DNA of 63,859 nt, counting the filler, from Intoshia linei (taxonomy: Eukaryota; Animalia; Orthonectida): assembly GCA_001642005.1 (NCBI GenBank). It is 5 parts of 5 records of this genome, joined end to end, with 100 filler letters (N's around TTAATTAATTAA, not from the genome) between each part and the next. Parts side by side here need not be neighbours in the genome. Positions count along the whole stretch, not along the records: positions 62,799 to 63,859 come from LWCA01002816.1; 4 more parts are not named here. The stretch is one strand, 5' to 3'. Below the pieces are notes generated by a model, which had not been told where the DNA came from, ran no database searches, and worked only from the letters and a program-made list of their open reading frames with translations. The position numbers and the translations under genes are program-made. How positions within the stretch are numbered: the stretch's first letter is position 1; each line of letters opens with the position of its first letter. Positions 62,799 through 63,859 of the stretch are shown here, piece by piece.

Positions 62799-63859
62799 TT
62801 CCAGTTGGAATCAATTTACGTGAGAAACATGAAAAATATATACAAAAATTATCGAACCATATTCTAGTTCAATAACGTCGAATTATTTTTTTGTAAAAAA
62901 AAAAAGATGGTACTGATCGTATGGTGATTGATTTTCTCCAGTTAAACTCTATGACTGTTCCTGATACATATCCCGCTCCAAACTTACAATATACACTTAA
63001 TTTTATGGCAAACCGTAAAATTTTTTCAACCCTTGATTTAACGAATGGGTACTGGCAGATTCCTTTAGCTATATCCGATAGATGGAAAACAGCATTTTCA
63101 ACTTCATTCGGAGATAAACTCTATCAATTTAGAGTAATGCCTCAAGGTTTATCGAATGCTTCATCTAAATGCCAAAGAATAATGGATAATATTTTTAAAC
63201 ACATACCAAATGTCATTGTTTATATACATGATAGAACTTTTAGTCAATTAAAAAATTCCCTAACTAAGGCTCCTATATTATGTTTACCCACACCCGGGAT
63301 AGATTATACTCTGGAATGTGACGCTTCTAACGTAGCAATAGGTGCTGTACTATTATAGAATGGTCATGTAATCGAATATTTAAGTAAACAATTGACTAGA
63401 ACAGAACGCAATTATTCTACGACTAAGAAAGAATTATTAGGGATTAGGAAAAGTTTAAAGAAATTTAGATTTTATGTTCTCGGGAAACATGTTACTATAG
63501 TAACAGACCATAACCCTATAGTCCATATGAGACAATCAAAACATCTTCCAAACGAATTGGTACGATGGATGCTAGAATTGGATGAATATAATTTTTCCAT
63601 ATAATATCGGCCAGGAAAATTAAATTATGTTGCAGATTTGTTGTCACGTCTTTATGCACAATCTATTAACGCAATAAAATTTGATGGTATAGATATGATT
63701 AATATTCAGAAAGATATTCACATTGAAAAATTTCGTAAAAAAAAAAAGATTAATAGTAATAATCCTTGGAAACATTTTGAAGAAAATATTTATGTCAAAA
63801 AGAACATAGTGTATATAGATCATAACGGAAAATCTCTCATATTAGTGCCTAAACAACAT
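62799..63859 (+). mobile_element. Second Ty3/Gypsy pol remnant (RT with internal deletion, RNase H)
   Basis: LDLTNGYWQI, KTAF, MPQGL, VYIHD fused to LECDASNVAIGAVL, ERNYSTTKKELL, TDHNP. Confidence 0.92.

Overview
This is a very AT-rich, compact animal genome scaffold with GT-AG introns, many only about 36-50 nt long. The host is probably a reduced bilaterian such as an orthonectid-like parasite (inference). Host genes in order: two head-to-head Zic zinc-finger genes, G-protein alpha-s, DDX49, RPSA, RFC5, NFX1, GBF1, a secreted cyclophilin, an orphan 7TM protein, a divergent Cdc42-like GTPase and fascin. They are interspersed with Tc1/mariner, hAT, MULE, Helitron and Ty3/Gypsy remnants, and four artificial gap linkers. 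The main finding is the 6.17-kb second intron of G-alpha-s (16748-22920), which holds a chain of decayed fragments from unrelated RNA viruses. In order these are a possible rhabdovirus M, rhabdovirus N #1, a Martellivirales/virga-like RdRp, a Gypsy gag piece, a different rhabdovirus N #2, and an internally deleted rhabdovirus G. They are not in viral genome order, all are antisense to the host transcript, and N #1 is bracketed by shared AT-rich junction motifs. This looks like an intron-borne antisense viral archive resembling a piRNA cluster (hypothesis). All homology calls come from manual translation and remembered motifs; no searches were run.
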